NCBI GenBank assembly: GCA_964447515.1
Contig: CAYUSS010000001.1
Location: 4,092 to 68,091 of the forward strand
Origin: an uncultured Candidatus Saccharibacteria bacterium
GTDB taxonomy: Bacteria; Patescibacteriota; Minisyncoccia; Minisyncoccales; GWA2-38-27
DNA length: 64,000 bases
Reading direction: 5' to 3'
Positions 20,233 to 30,123 of this stretch are shown piece by piece; positions within the stretch are counted from its first letter, which is position 1; every line of letters begins with the position of its first letter. Made by a program: the position numbers and the translations under genes. Under the pieces are notes generated by a model. That model was given only the letters and a program-made list of their open reading frames with translations, made no database searches and was not told the origin of the DNA.

Positions 20233-22293
20233 ATGCAGCTTATTATAGTTGAGAGTCCTGCAAAATCTCATACCATCGAAAAATTTTTAGGCTCAGAATA
20301 CAAAGTTCGGTCTTGTTTTGGACATATCCGAGATTTGCCAAAAAATGAACTCGGCGTTGATACTAAACACAATTTTAAACCAAAATATGTTATTCCTCCT
20401 AAATCAAGAAAGGTTATTCGAGATTTGAAAAACGAGGTCCAAAAGGTGCAGACTACCATTTTGGGTGTGGACGAGGATAGAGAAGGAGAAGCCATTGCCT
20501 GGCATCTTAGCCAAGCCCTTAATCTGAAAGATCCCCAAAGAATTGTTTTTCATGAAATTACCAAATCAGCAATTGAAGGAGCCTTAAAAAATCCCAGACA
20601 AATTGATATGGACTTAGTTAATGCTCAGCAGGCAAGAAGAATTTTAGATAGAATTGTTGGCTACAAACTTTCGCCCTTTCTATGGAAAAAAGTAGCCCGA
20701 AGATTATCTGCCGGAAGGGTTCAGTCGGTTGCAGTAAGATTGGTGGTAGAAAGAGAAAGAGAAATTGAAAATTTCAAACCGGCTGAGTACTGGACAATTG
20801 AATCCTTGTTGAAAAAACAAGAAGCTGCACAGGTTAGACCCGTGCATAATGAATTTAAAGCTTTATTAGCCAAAAAAGATAATAAAGTTATCCCAAAGCT
20901 CGGGATAAAAAATAAAAAAGAAGTAGACAAAATTGTCAAAGATTTAAAGGGAGCGGAATATAAAGTTGAAAAAATTGAGAAAAAAGAAGTAAAAAAGAAT
21001 CCTTTACCGCCTTTTACCACCAGCACCCTGCAACAAGAATCTTGGAAAAGATTTCATTTTCCAGTAAAATTTACAATGGGGGTAGCTCAACAACTTTATG
21101 AAAGGGGATTTTGCACCTATCACAGGACAGACTCTTTAAATCTTTCTGATTTATCTTTATTTGCTGCTAAAAAATTTATTGAGGCAAATTACGGCAAGGA
21201 ATACTGGGCAGGTTTTTTGAGGAAATATAAAACCAAAACTAAAGGAGCTCAAGAGGCCCATGAAGCAATACGCCCCACCTTTCCAAATAAAGTTCCTGAT
21301 GATTTGAAAACAAAAGCAAAGCTTGATAACAATCAATATCGTCTTTATAACCTTATCTGGCGAAGATTTATCGCATCACAAATGGCTCAAGCTCGTTTCC
21401 ATTCCACTGCCGTGGATATTCAGTCCAAAAACTATACTTTCCGGACCGCAGGGCAAATATTAAAATTTGATGGGTTTTTAAAAGTTTACCCAATACAATT
21501 TAAAGAAACTGAATTGCCAATATTAGAAAAAGAAGAAATTTTAGAATTAGTAAAACTTATTCCCTCTCAACATTTTACTCAACCGCCTTCAAGATATAGT
21601 GAAGCAACCTTGATTAAAACTTTAGAGCAAAATGGTATAGGCCGTCCTTCAACCTATGCTCCAATTATCTCTACTATTCAGGCAAGAAATTATGTTGAAA
21701 AAGACGAAAATAAAAAATTGCGACCATCTGAAATCGGCAATGTGGTTACTGAGCTCTTAATAAAACACTTTCCTAAAATTGTTGAGATTAAATTTACAGC
21801 TAATATGGAGAAGGATTTAGATAAAATTTCCCAGGGCAAAAAAAAGTGGGTGCCGGTTATCCGAGAATTTTACCAACCCTTTGCCAAAAACTTAGAAAAA
21901 AAATATCAAGAAGTTTCTAAAAAAGACATAACCGAAAAACCGACCGGAAAAAAATGCCCAAAATGCGGAGCTCCTCTGCTAATTCGGCTGGGAAAATTTG
22001 GAAGGTTTTATGCCTGTTCTAAATTTCCAAAATGTAGATATACCGAGTCCTTAGAAGAAAAAACCTTAGGGATAAAATGCCCAAAATGCAGCAAAGGAAA
22101 TATAGTTGAAAAAAGAACTAAAAAAGGAAAAATATTCTATGCTTGCGACCAATTTCCCAAATGTGACTTTGCTTTATGGGACAAGCCGACCGGAGAAAAA
22201 TGCCCAAAATGCGACTCTTTGCTGGTTAAAAAAGGAAAGAAAATAAAGTGTTCTAACAAGGATTGCCAATTTGAAAAAAATGTGGCAGAATAA
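20233..22293 (+). CDS. topA: DNA topoisomerase I with C-terminal Zn ribbons
   Basis: IVESPAK, DREGE, SAGRVQS, TYHRTDS, GIGRPSTY, CxxC repeats. Confidence 0.97.
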   Translation: MQLIIVESPAKSHTIEKFLGSEYKVRSCFGHIRDLPKNELGVDTKHNFKPKYVIPPKSRKVIRDLKNEVQKVQTTILGVDEDREGEAIAWHLSQALNLKDPQRIVFHEITKSAIEGALKNPRQIDMDLVNAQQARRILDRIVGYKLSPFLWKKVARRLSAGRVQSVAVRLVVEREREIENFKPAEYWTIESLLKKQEAAQVRPVHNEFKALLAKKDNKVIPKLGIKNKKEVDKIVKDLKGAEYKVEKIEKKEVKKNPLPPFTTSTLQQESWKRFHFPVKFTMGVAQQLYERGFCTYHRTDSLNLSDLSLFAAKKFIEANYGKEYWAGFLRKYKTKTKGAQEAHEAIRPTFPNKVPDDLKTKAKLDNNQYRLYNLIWRRFIASQMAQARFHSTAVDIQSKNYTFRTAGQILKFDGFLKVYPIQFKETELPILEKEEILELVKLIPSQHFTQPPSRYSEATLIKTLEQNGIGRPSTYAPIISTIQARNYVEKDENKKLRPSEIGNVVTELLIKHFPKIVEIKFTANMEKDLDKISQGKKKWVPVIREFYQPFAKNLEKKYQEVSKKDITEKPTGKKCPKCGAPLLIRLGKFGRFYACSKFPKCRYTESLEEKTLGIKCPKCSKGNIVEKRTKKGKIFYACDQFPKCDFALWDKPTGEKCPKCDSLLVKKGKKIKCSNKDCQFEKNVAE

Positions 22294-22304
22294 AAGAACA
22301 AATT

Positions 22305-22391
22305 GCCGCGGTGGCGGAATTGGTTTACGCGTGCGATTCAAAATCGTATAGGAGAAATCCTGTGTGGGTTCAAGTCCCACCCGCGGCACCA
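22305..22391 (+). tRNA. tRNA-Leu(CAA)
   Basis: Acceptor GCCGCGG/CCGCGGC-ACCA; anticodon arm TGCGA-TTCAAAA-TCGTA; long variable arm; GGTTCAAGTCC T arm. Confidence 0.95.
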
Positions 22392-22394
22392 TAT

Positions 22395-22422
22395 AAAAAA
22401 TACCTCATTTGAGGTATTTTTT
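22395..22422. terminator. Bidirectional intrinsic terminator
   Basis: AAAAAATACCTC-ATTT-GAGGTATTTTTT between convergent genes. Confidence 0.7.
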
Positions 22423-22488
22423 ATTTTAATCAATGTATAAGTCCTCTACTTCTCCATATAGCATCAATCAATGTTCAACGTCGGGTGT

Positions 22489-23001
22489 TCAATGTCGGGT
22501 ATTGAACATAGGCCAGATTTTGTGGATTAGCCAGCCGGAAAATATTCCGACAAGAGCTCCGGCTAAAATGTCTAAGGGCCAATGGATGCCCACAAAAATT
22601 CTGGCTAAACAAATTAAAAAACTGGCTAAAAAAAACAAAAGTCCGGCTTTTTTATTGTAAAAATAAACAATGATGGACATTGCAAAAAAGAAAGCAGCAT
22701 GGCCCGAAGGAAAAGCAACCGAATTATGAGTTATAAGCAAATTAACGTGATTATGAATAAATGGTCTTGGTCTTTGCCAAAGCCAGCGAATTAACTCAAC
22801 AACAACAAATCTTGCCAAAACAGCCGAGATAATACTTTGAAAAACCATTCTCCAGTATTTTTTAAACCGTATTATCAGAAACAAAAACAGAGAGAAGATT
22901 AAAACATACTCAAAATACTCAGCAAAAAAAACGGCTAAAACATCTAACCAGAGCCATTTTAAAGCAAGTTGATTTATTTGTTCAAAAAAATATAAATCCA
23001 T
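22489..23001 (-). CDS. PAP2 family phosphatase (BcrC-like undecaprenyl-PP phosphatase)
   Basis: RPRP, FPSGH, ARIFVGIHWPLDI. Confidence 0.9.
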   Translation of the reverse strand: MDLYFFEQINQLALKWLWLDVLAVFFAEYFEYVLIFSLFLFLIIRFKKYWRMVFQSIISAVLARFVVVELIRWLWQRPRPFIHNHVNLLITHNSVAFPSGHAAFFFAMSIIVYFYNKKAGLLFFLASFLICLARIFVGIHWPLDILAGALVGIFSGWLIHKIWPMFNTRH

Positions 23002-23035
23002 TATTCAAAGAAGAAAATCGTTCAATACCGGGTGT

Positions 23036-23866
23036 TCAATGTCGGGTATTGAACAATTTGATTAAATTTTCAAGCAAGTAGGCAACTGTCATTGGGCCTA
23101 CTCCTCCGGGAACAGGAGTAACACAGCTTGTTTTTTTAGAAACGCTTTTGAAATCTACATCCCCTACTAATTTTCCTTTTTTGAAAGATATACCGGCATC
23201 AATAACCACCACGCCCTTTTTAACCATCTTTCCGGTAATAAGATTAGGTTTGCCTACTCCAGAAATTATAATATCTGCTTTTTTAGTAAAAAAAGAAATA
23301 TTTTTGGTAAATTCATTAACAACTGAAAAGGTTACTTTCTTTTTACTCAGCCAAACGGTTAGCGGCAAACCAACTAATTTTCCAGCTCCAACCAAAACTA
23401 CATTTTTACCTTTAAGAGATATTTTATAATCTTTTAAAAGGCGGGAAATTCCAGCAACTGCTGGCGGTGAAAGAGCTAAACTTCCAGTATAAAACTTGCC
23501 CAGATTTATTTCCGATAAAGCATCAATATCTTTTTCTGGGGGGATAAGATTAAGAAATTCTTGAGGGGTAAATTTTTTAGGTAAAGGCAGTTGAATTATA
23601 GCTCCGGAAACGGTTGGTTTTTTGGCAATTTCAAAAATTTCTTTCTTCAGTTTTACCGGGCTAATTTTTGCTGGAAATTTAAATAATTTAAAACCAATCC
23701 CAAGAGTTTTACAGGCCTTTTCTTTTTGACGAATAAAAATTTTGGACACAGAATCTTCACCAATGAAAATTACAGCTAAACTTAATTTTAGACCTTGTTG
23801 CTTTATCTTTTTTTCAAGATTTTTTAGAATTTTCTCAGCTGATTTTTTCCCATCCAAAATTATCAT
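23036..23866 (-). CDS. folD: Methylenetetrahydrofolate dehydrogenase/cyclohydrolase
   Basis: IQLPLP, PEKDID, TPVPGGVGPMTV. Confidence 0.95.
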   Translation of the reverse strand: MIILDGKKSAEKILKNLEKKIKQQGLKLSLAVIFIGEDSVSKIFIRQKEKACKTLGIGFKLFKFPAKISPVKLKKEIFEIAKKPTVSGAIIQLPLPKKFTPQEFLNLIPPEKDIDALSEINLGKFYTGSLALSPPAVAGISRLLKDYKISLKGKNVVLVGAGKLVGLPLTVWLSKKKVTFSVVNEFTKNISFFTKKADIIISGVGKPNLITGKMVKKGVVVIDAGISFKKGKLVGDVDFKSVSKKTSCVTPVPGGVGPMTVAYLLENLIKLFNTRH

Positions 23867-23909
23867 CTAAGTGTTCAAACTACCGAGAACCGTTCTCGCT
23901 AGATTGATT

Positions 23910-25151
23910 TTAAGGTAAAGGGAATTTCTGGCAGAGTTTCTTGATTTCCTTCCTGACCTTCAAGCAGGATTTTGGCTTTGAAATAATCTCATCAATCCAG
24001 AAAGCAATCTTTTTCATCTCTTTTCCTTTCATCCCCCTGGTTGTTATAGCCGGTGTCCCTAAACGAATTCCGGATGGCTTAAAGGGCGGATTGGGGTCAA
24101 AAGGAATAGTATTTTTATTAACAGTAATTCCGGCTTTTTCTAATCTGTTTTGAGCTTCTGCGCCTGAGATTTTTTTGTTTCTTAAATCAATTAAAATTAA
24201 ATGATTATCTGTTCCCCCGGTTACCAAATTAAAACCCTGCTTTAAAAGTTCTGAAGATAGGATTTTACAATTTTTTACTATCTGCTTTCCATATCTCTTA
24301 AAAGCTGGTCTTGAGGCCTCTTTCAAACAAACAGCAATGGCAGCAATGTTATTTTCATGAGGACCGCCCTGAAGGCCGGGAAAAACAGCTTTATCAATTT
24401 TTTTAGGAAGCTCTGGATCTTTTTTTAATCCTTTTCTGGTAACCATTATTATTCCTCCCCGGGGACCTCTCAGGGTTTTGTGGGTTGTAGTTGTAACCAG
24501 ATGAGCAAAAGGAACCGGGCTGGGATGAACGCCGGCTGCAATTAATCCGGCGATATGAGCTATGTCGGCCGAAAGATAAGCTCCAACCGAATCAGCAATT
24601 TTACCTAATTTTCTCCAATTAAAAATACGAGGATAAGCAGTAGCCCCTACCCATATAAGTTTTGGTTTTACTTTTTTGGCTAATTTTTCTATCTCCTGGT
24701 AATTAAGTAAATTTGTCCTTTCATCAACTCCGTATTGAATTGAATTATAAATTTTAGCGGAAAAATTTACTTTCCAACCGTGAGTTAAATGTCCGCCATG
24801 GGGCAGAGACATTCCCATTATTGTATCTCCGGGTTCACAAAGAGCGAAATAAACTGCCTGGTTTGCCGGTGAGCCGGAATAGGGCTGAACATTAGCATAA
24901 GACACTTTAAATAATTTTTTTACCCTCTCCTGGCAAAGAGTTTCAATTTTATCGTAAAACTCCAAACCTGCATAATATCTTTTCCCGGGATAACCTTCTG
25001 CATATTTATCTGTTAAAACCGATCCCAAAGCTTCTCTCACAGCCAGAGAACTATGGTTTTCTGAAGGAATCATCTCAAGGGTAGTTTTTTGTCTCTCTAT
25101 TTCTTTGGCAATGAGGTTGGAAATTTGAGGGTCAATTTTTTTTAATTTCAT
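23910..25151 (-). CDS. glyA: Serine hydroxymethyltransferase
   Basis: YAEGYPGKRYY, TTTTHKTLRGPRGG, SGIRLGTPA. Confidence 0.98.
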   Translation of the reverse strand: MKLKKIDPQISNLIAKEIERQKTTLEMIPSENHSSLAVREALGSVLTDKYAEGYPGKRYYAGLEFYDKIETLCQERVKKLFKVSYANVQPYSGSPANQAVYFALCEPGDTIMGMSLPHGGHLTHGWKVNFSAKIYNSIQYGVDERTNLLNYQEIEKLAKKVKPKLIWVGATAYPRIFNWRKLGKIADSVGAYLSADIAHIAGLIAAGVHPSPVPFAHLVTTTTHKTLRGPRGGIIMVTRKGLKKDPELPKKIDKAVFPGLQGGPHENNIAAIAVCLKEASRPAFKRYGKQIVKNCKILSSELLKQGFNLVTGGTDNHLILIDLRNKKISGAEAQNRLEKAGITVNKNTIPFDPNPPFKPSGIRLGTPAITTRGMKGKEMKKIAFWIDEIISKPKSCLKVRKEIKKLCQKFPLP

Positions 25152-25188
25152 AATTACCTTTCCTTAAAATTTTTGGAAGTTTTACATT

Positions 25189-25224
25189 ACGAGGACGGGT
25201 CTCGTTAATGAGACCCGTCCTCGT
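25189..25224. repeat. Repeat family R2 (ACGAGGACGGGTCTCGT doublet)
   Basis: Relatives at 10567-10609, 19977-19999, 36571-36608, 51281-51312 and 53309-53347. Confidence 0.85.
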
Positions 25225-25225
25225 T

Positions 25226-27706
25226 TTAAATAACGAAATTAATTAATTTGTCGGGAACAAATATGGTCTTTTTAATCTTTTTTCCCTTTGTCCATTTTAC
25301 TATTTTTTCTTGAGATAAAGCAATTTTTTTAGCTTTTTCTTTGGAAATACCAGCTTCCTTTTCTATCTTATCACGAACCTTACCATTTATCTGAATAATC
25401 AAAGTTATAATCTTTTCTTTAACTAATTTAGGATTATACTGGGGCCATTTCTGCTCATGAATACTTCTTTTATAGCCCAATTGGCGCCAGATTTCCTCGC
25501 TAAGATGAGGGCCAAAAGGAGTAAAAATCTTCAAAAAGTTTTTAAAATCTTTTTTCCCTAAAGCATTTTTATCTAGTTGACAGGCATTACAAAATTCCAT
25601 TAAAGAACTAATAGCTGTATTAAATTTTAAACTTTCTATGTCTTCTGAAACTTTTTTAATAGTCTTATGAATCAATTTTTCCAATTCAGGAGAGCTCTTT
25701 CTTTTCTTTTTCTCCTGGCTAAGGAATTGAGAGCATATTTTCCAGACCCTGTCCAGAAATCTCTTTACTCCATTTAATCCTTTTCTATCCCAGGGAATCA
25801 TTTGCTCAAAAGGGCCCATAAACATTTCATAAATTCTCATAGCATCAGCCCCATAATCTTTTACAGCTTCATCAGGATTAATCACGTTGCCTTTTGATTT
25901 GGACATTTTGACTCCTCCCTGGCCAAGAACTACTCCATGAGCAGTCCGCTTGTTATAAGGCTCAGGTCCCAAAGATTTTGGTACCGCTTTTATATCCCAT
26001 AAAAATTTATAAATAAAACGAGAATATAATAAATGTAAGGTATTGTGTTCCATACCGCCGTTATACCAATCTACCGGCATCCAGTATTTCAGCAATTCTG
26101 GCTTAGCTAATTTTTTATCGTTTTGGGGGCCGCAATAGCGAAGATAATACCAATTAGAGCCAGCCCAATTTGGCATAACATCAGTTTCCCGTCTTGCCGG
26201 GCTGCCACATTTGGGACATTTAGTATTTAGCCATTCTCCGGCTTTCGCTAAGGGTGATTCGCCTTTTTCAGTAGGTTTGTAATTTTTAACTTGAGGCAAT
26301 TTTACCGGTAAATCTTTTTCCGAAACAGCAATCCATTTCTGGCAATTTTTACAAAAAACAAGCGGAATTGGTTCTCCCCAATAGCGCTGCCGAGAAAAAA
26401 TCCAATCTCTTAACTTGTAATAAACAGCTTCTTTAGCCAATCCTTTCTTTTTTAACCAATCCTTAATTCTTTCTTTAGCGGTTTCAGAATTCATTCCATT
26501 AAATCTTCGGGAATTAATTAAAACCCCCTCTCCCCCATAGGGCTCTTTAAAGCTGCCGTCAGAAACAACCAATGGAGCTTTTGAGGGCAGTTCTTTTTTC
26601 TTAGCAAAGGGTTTAATAACTTCAATAATTGGTAAATTATATTTTTTAGCGAAATCAAAATCTCGCTGGTCATGGCCGGGAACTGCCATAATTGCTCCAG
26701 TCCCATAATGCATCAAAACATAATCAGCAATAAAAATAGGAATTTCCCTATTATTAACCGGGTTTATGGCTTTAAGACCTCTTATTTTTATGCCGCTTTT
26801 TTCTTTGTCTTCACTAATTCTTTCTTTTTCTATTTTCTTTTTTGATTTTTCAACATAATCTTTAACAAATTTGTAGTTTTCAATTTGGTCTTTAAGTTTT
26901 TCAATCAAGGGATATTCCGGGGCTAAGACCAAATAAGTACATCCGAACAAAGTGTCTGTTCTGGTAGTAAAAACAGGAATTGATAGTTGAGAATCCGAAA
27001 TAGGAAATTTTATCTCTACTCCTTTACTTTTTCCTATCCATTCTTTTTGAGAAATTTTAATTCTTTCTAAATAATCAACCTTATCTAAATCTTGGATTAA
27101 CCTCTCAGCATACTTGGTTATTTTTAAGAGCCACTGCTCTTTTTCTTTTCTGATAACTTTTGTTCCACAACGTTCGCAGCGATCATTAACTACTTCCTCA
27201 TTAGCCAGTCCGATTTTGCAAGAGGAACACCAGTTTATTGGTATTTTAGCTTTATAAGCCAATCCTTTTTTAAAAAGTTGAATAAATATCCATTGGGTCC
27301 ATTTGTAATAAGATGGGTCGCTAGTATTAATTTCCCGGCTCCAATCAAAAGAAAGTCCCAATCTTTTCAGTTGTTTTTTAAAATTAGCAGTATTTTTTCT
27401 GGTAACAATTCTGGGATGAATTCCGGTCTTAATAGCGTAATTTTCAGTAGGAAGACCAAAAGCGTCCCAACCCATAGGAAATAAAACATTAAAACCTTCC
27501 ATCCTTCTTTTCCGGCTGACTATATCCATCCCTATATAACTTCGACAATGACCGACATGAAGTCCAGTGCCAGAGGGATAAGGGAATTCAACCAAAATAT
27601 AATATTTTTTCTTTTTTGACCTATCAGACGCTTGAAATATCTTTTCTCTTTTCCAAAATCTTTGCCATCTCAGTTCAATTTTTTTAGGGTTATATTTTGA
27701 AATCAT
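25226..27706 (-). CDS. leuS: Leucyl-tRNA synthetase
   Basis: FPYPSG.GLHVGH, GTGAIMAVPGHDQRD, KMSKS. Confidence 0.97.
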   Translation of the reverse strand: MISKYNPKKIELRWQRFWKREKIFQASDRSKKKKYYILVEFPYPSGTGLHVGHCRSYIGMDIVSRKRRMEGFNVLFPMGWDAFGLPTENYAIKTGIHPRIVTRKNTANFKKQLKRLGLSFDWSREINTSDPSYYKWTQWIFIQLFKKGLAYKAKIPINWCSSCKIGLANEEVVNDRCERCGTKVIRKEKEQWLLKITKYAERLIQDLDKVDYLERIKISQKEWIGKSKGVEIKFPISDSQLSIPVFTTRTDTLFGCTYLVLAPEYPLIEKLKDQIENYKFVKDYVEKSKKKIEKERISEDKEKSGIKIRGLKAINPVNNREIPIFIADYVLMHYGTGAIMAVPGHDQRDFDFAKKYNLPIIEVIKPFAKKKELPSKAPLVVSDGSFKEPYGGEGVLINSRRFNGMNSETAKERIKDWLKKKGLAKEAVYYKLRDWIFSRQRYWGEPIPLVFCKNCQKWIAVSEKDLPVKLPQVKNYKPTEKGESPLAKAGEWLNTKCPKCGSPARRETDVMPNWAGSNWYYLRYCGPQNDKKLAKPELLKYWMPVDWYNGGMEHNTLHLLYSRFIYKFLWDIKAVPKSLGPEPYNKRTAHGVVLGQGGVKMSKSKGNVINPDEAVKDYGADAMRIYEMFMGPFEQMIPWDRKGLNGVKRFLDRVWKICSQFLSQEKKKRKSSPELEKLIHKTIKKVSEDIESLKFNTAISSLMEFCNACQLDKNALGKKDFKNFLKIFTPFGPHLSEEIWRQLGYKRSIHEQKWPQYNPKLVKEKIITLIIQINGKVRDKIEKEAGISKEKAKKIALSQEKIVKWTKGKKIKKTIFVPDKLINFVI

Positions 27707-27725
27707 AATAGCTTAATTCTTAATC

Positions 27726-27954
27726 ATTGCGGCTTCGCCGCATAATTGCGGCGTTCGGTTGAAATACAAAAATAAGAACCTTTCGTCGCTTCGCTCCTCA
27801 AGAACCTTGATTCGCTAGGGTATAATCATATTGCGGCTTCGCCGCATAATTGCTTCGCTCGGTTGAAAAAGAAAAATGAATTTTTCTTTTTCTCCCTCGT
27901 TTGCAATTATAGTCTTGAATTAAATTTTTGTATTTCTCCCTCACTTGCAATTAT
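27726..27954. repeat. Nested repeat: module B containing module A containing module B
   Basis: Direct comparison with empty A (53358-53428), empty B (4344-4409) and A+B (38397-38587). Confidence 0.8.
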
Positions 27955-28008
27955 AACATAGTTAAATTCCTAAAAAAAGATAATTACTCCAAACGCACGG
28001 GCAAAGGC

Positions 28009-28037
28009 TTGACAAATATATTTTTATTTGATATAAT
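28009..28037 (+). promoter_or_regulatory. Consensus sigma70 promoter TTGACA-17-TATAAT, followed by boxA-like GTTCTTTGACA (28050-28060)
   Basis: Perfect -35 and -10 with extended TG. Confidence 0.75.
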
Positions 28038-28094
28038 ATTGTAGTATACGTTCTTTGACATCGGCTCTTAAAGAGCCTAAAGAAAGGAGAAAAA

Positions 28095-28433
28095 ATGAAG
28101 ATTTTGGTAGTTGATGACGAAGAAGAAATACGCGAGCTCCTTAAAGACTGGCTCGCTGCGACCGGTCAGAAAGTGTTCACAGCCCAAAACGGAGAAGAAG
28201 CAACCTATGCAATTAAAGAGCCCTCTTCATCGTTTGACCTGGTTATCACTGACACAGAAATGCCACAAATGGGAGGAGTAGAGCTAACCGAATGGGTTAA
28301 AACAAACTTCCCGAAAATTCCGGTTATTCTGATGAGCGGCAGAGAAGAACCAGCTAAACATCGGGCTGACGTTTTTCTGCCAAAACCTTTGCCCCTGAAA
28401 GAATTAGGGGAAATAATCGATTCCCTGAAGTAA
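28095..28433 (+). CDS. Stand-alone response regulator receiver (CheY-like)
   Basis: ILVVDDE, DLVITD..MP, MSG, KP; SD AAAGGAG. Confidence 0.92.
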   Translation: MKILVVDDEEEIRELLKDWLAATGQKVFTAQNGEEATYAIKEPSSSFDLVITDTEMPQMGGVELTEWVKTNFPKIPVILMSGREEPAKHRADVFLPKPLPLKELGEIIDSLK

Positions 28434-28450
28434 CTCGACCTTTCCCAAGG

Positions 28451-28517
28451 AGCCAGATAAATCCCTCACCACTTTTCCTAGAAAAGTGGTGAGGGGGTAA
28501 AACATCTGGCTTTTTTT
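28451..28517 (+). terminator. Long hairpin terminator with inner palindrome CCCTCACCACTTTTC-TA-GAAAAGTGGTGAGGG-like
   Basis: AGCCAGAT...ATCTGGCT followed by a T-tract. Confidence 0.65.
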
Positions 28518-28537
28518 CTTGTTTATCCTCAAAGAAA

Positions 28538-29386
28538 TTAAATTCTAAATAATTTCCTCGCGTTCTCCGTTGTCACTCTTGCCACTTCCTCAAAACTTAC
28601 TTCTTTTAATTCAGCTATTTTCTTTGCTACATATTTTATATATAGGGGTTCATTGCGGCCGGTCTTTGGCAAGGGGGTAAGATAAGGACAATCAGTTTCA
28701 ATTAAAATTCTATCCAGAGGAATTTTTCTAATGTTTTCTTGAAAATCAATCCCTTCAATGTTTTTGAAAATTATCCCATTAAAGCCAATATAAAATCCCA
28801 TTTCTAAATATTCTTCTGCCTGTTTCCATTTACCGGTAAAACAATGAATTACTCCTTTCAATCGTTCTTTGTTCTTTACTCTTTGTTCTTTGAGGATTTT
28901 TAGTAAATCATCATGGGCCATCCGGCAGTGAAAAATTACAGGAAGATTTAGTTCTCGGGCTAACTTCAATTGCACTTCAAATACCTCCTTTTGTTTTTCC
29001 TTGAACAATTCAAGTTTTCTTTTTGTTTTGGGTTTGTAATAATAATCCAAGCCAATCTCCCCTATCGCCACTACTTTTTCTGAACCGGCCAGTTCTTTAT
29101 ATTTCTGGTAATTAAATTCTTCTTCAGCAGTTTGAAATTGCTGAATTTCTTCCGGGTCAACTTTTATTTTCACCAATTGGGTTTCCAAATGAATCGGATG
29201 TAAACCAACTGCAGCCCAAACACCTTGTTCATAATTTTGAGCAATCTCTACTGCCCTTTTACTTGTCTCATATTTCGAACCAACATTAATGAGCCAGACA
29301 TTATTGTCCAGCGCTCGTTTTATCACTTCATTTCGGTCATCTTTATAGGCAGCGAAATTGAGATGAGCGTGAGTGTCAAAAAGCAT
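28538..29386 (-). CDS. tatD: TatD family DNase
   Basis: DTHAH, GEIGLDY, HCR, HCF, ETDCPY. Confidence 0.95.
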   Translation of the reverse strand: MLFDTHAHLNFAAYKDDRNEVIKRALDNNVWLINVGSKYETSKRAVEIAQNYEQGVWAAVGLHPIHLETQLVKIKVDPEEIQQFQTAEEEFNYQKYKELAGSEKVVAIGEIGLDYYYKPKTKRKLELFKEKQKEVFEVQLKLARELNLPVIFHCRMAHDDLLKILKEQRVKNKERLKGVIHCFTGKWKQAEEYLEMGFYIGFNGIIFKNIEGIDFQENIRKIPLDRILIETDCPYLTPLPKTGRNEPLYIKYVAKKIAELKEVSFEEVARVTTENARKLFRI

Positions 29387-29556
29387 AATTTTCAATTTTT
29401 AATTCTCAATTTTCAATCAATTTTAAATTTTACAATTTTCACACTAATAATAGCTGAAGTTTTAGGTTCAAGCAAATATAAAAATAAAAAAAGACCACCA
29501 AGGAAAAATTTCCGGTGACCATTTTGGTTTTGGGTTGTTATCTATTTGTTTCGATA

Positions 29557-29796
29557 TCAATTTTTATCCTGCTGTTCGGAATCAACTGGTTGAAAAACTA
29601 TAACCTCAGTTTTCACTTTCCTAATTGCATCGGATTCATGATATTTTTTTTGGAATGTTTCAATTTCTTCCTCGGTCATCAAAACCTTATCTTCGCTACT
29701 GAATAATGGCAAGCCATCCTTCGCTACAACTGAAAAGGATTTATCAAATTGACATCTTATCGCTACAAGATATTTCCTTTTTTTAGCCATCCTCAA
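29557..29796 (-). CDS. Small hypothetical protein
   Basis: ORF with SD AAAGGAGG; downstream of the 29825 ORF. Confidence 0.6.
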   Translation of the reverse strand: MRMAKKRKYLVAIRCQFDKSFSVVAKDGLPLFSSEDKVLMTEEEIETFQKKYHESDAIRKVKTEVIVFQPVDSEQQDKN

Positions 29797-29824
29797 TCCC
29801 TCCTTTCAGGTTTTTGAATTGGGT

Positions 29825-30028
29825 TTAGTTTCTTTTTTGTCTTCCAGAAAACAAGAATAAACTACCGCCGCCAAAAACTAAAACAGTAGACAACGCAAGC
29901 AACATAATTGTTTCAGACATATCTGCAATTCTTTCTCTTAAGAAATATATAGATGATATTATTAGTCCGATGGCAATAGAGGCTCCTATGAGCATTAGTA
30001 TAAATCCAATCCACTGTTTACGAGTCAT
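29825..30028 (-). CDS. Small two-TM hypothetical membrane protein
   Basis: Two hydrophobic helices; SD AAAGGAGG; promoter TTGACA-17-TAATAT at about 30079-30107. Confidence 0.7.
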   Translation of the reverse strand: MTRKQWIGFILMLIGASIAIGLIISSIYFLRERIADMSETIMLLALSTVLVFGGGSLFLFSGRQKRN

Positions 30029-30123
30029 TCTTTTTCCTCCTTTTTCAAAATTAAAAGAACTAATTTCCTCTATTTTGGATATTAGGTTATGTTAATATTT
30101 TTGTCAACCAGTCCCAATATAAA

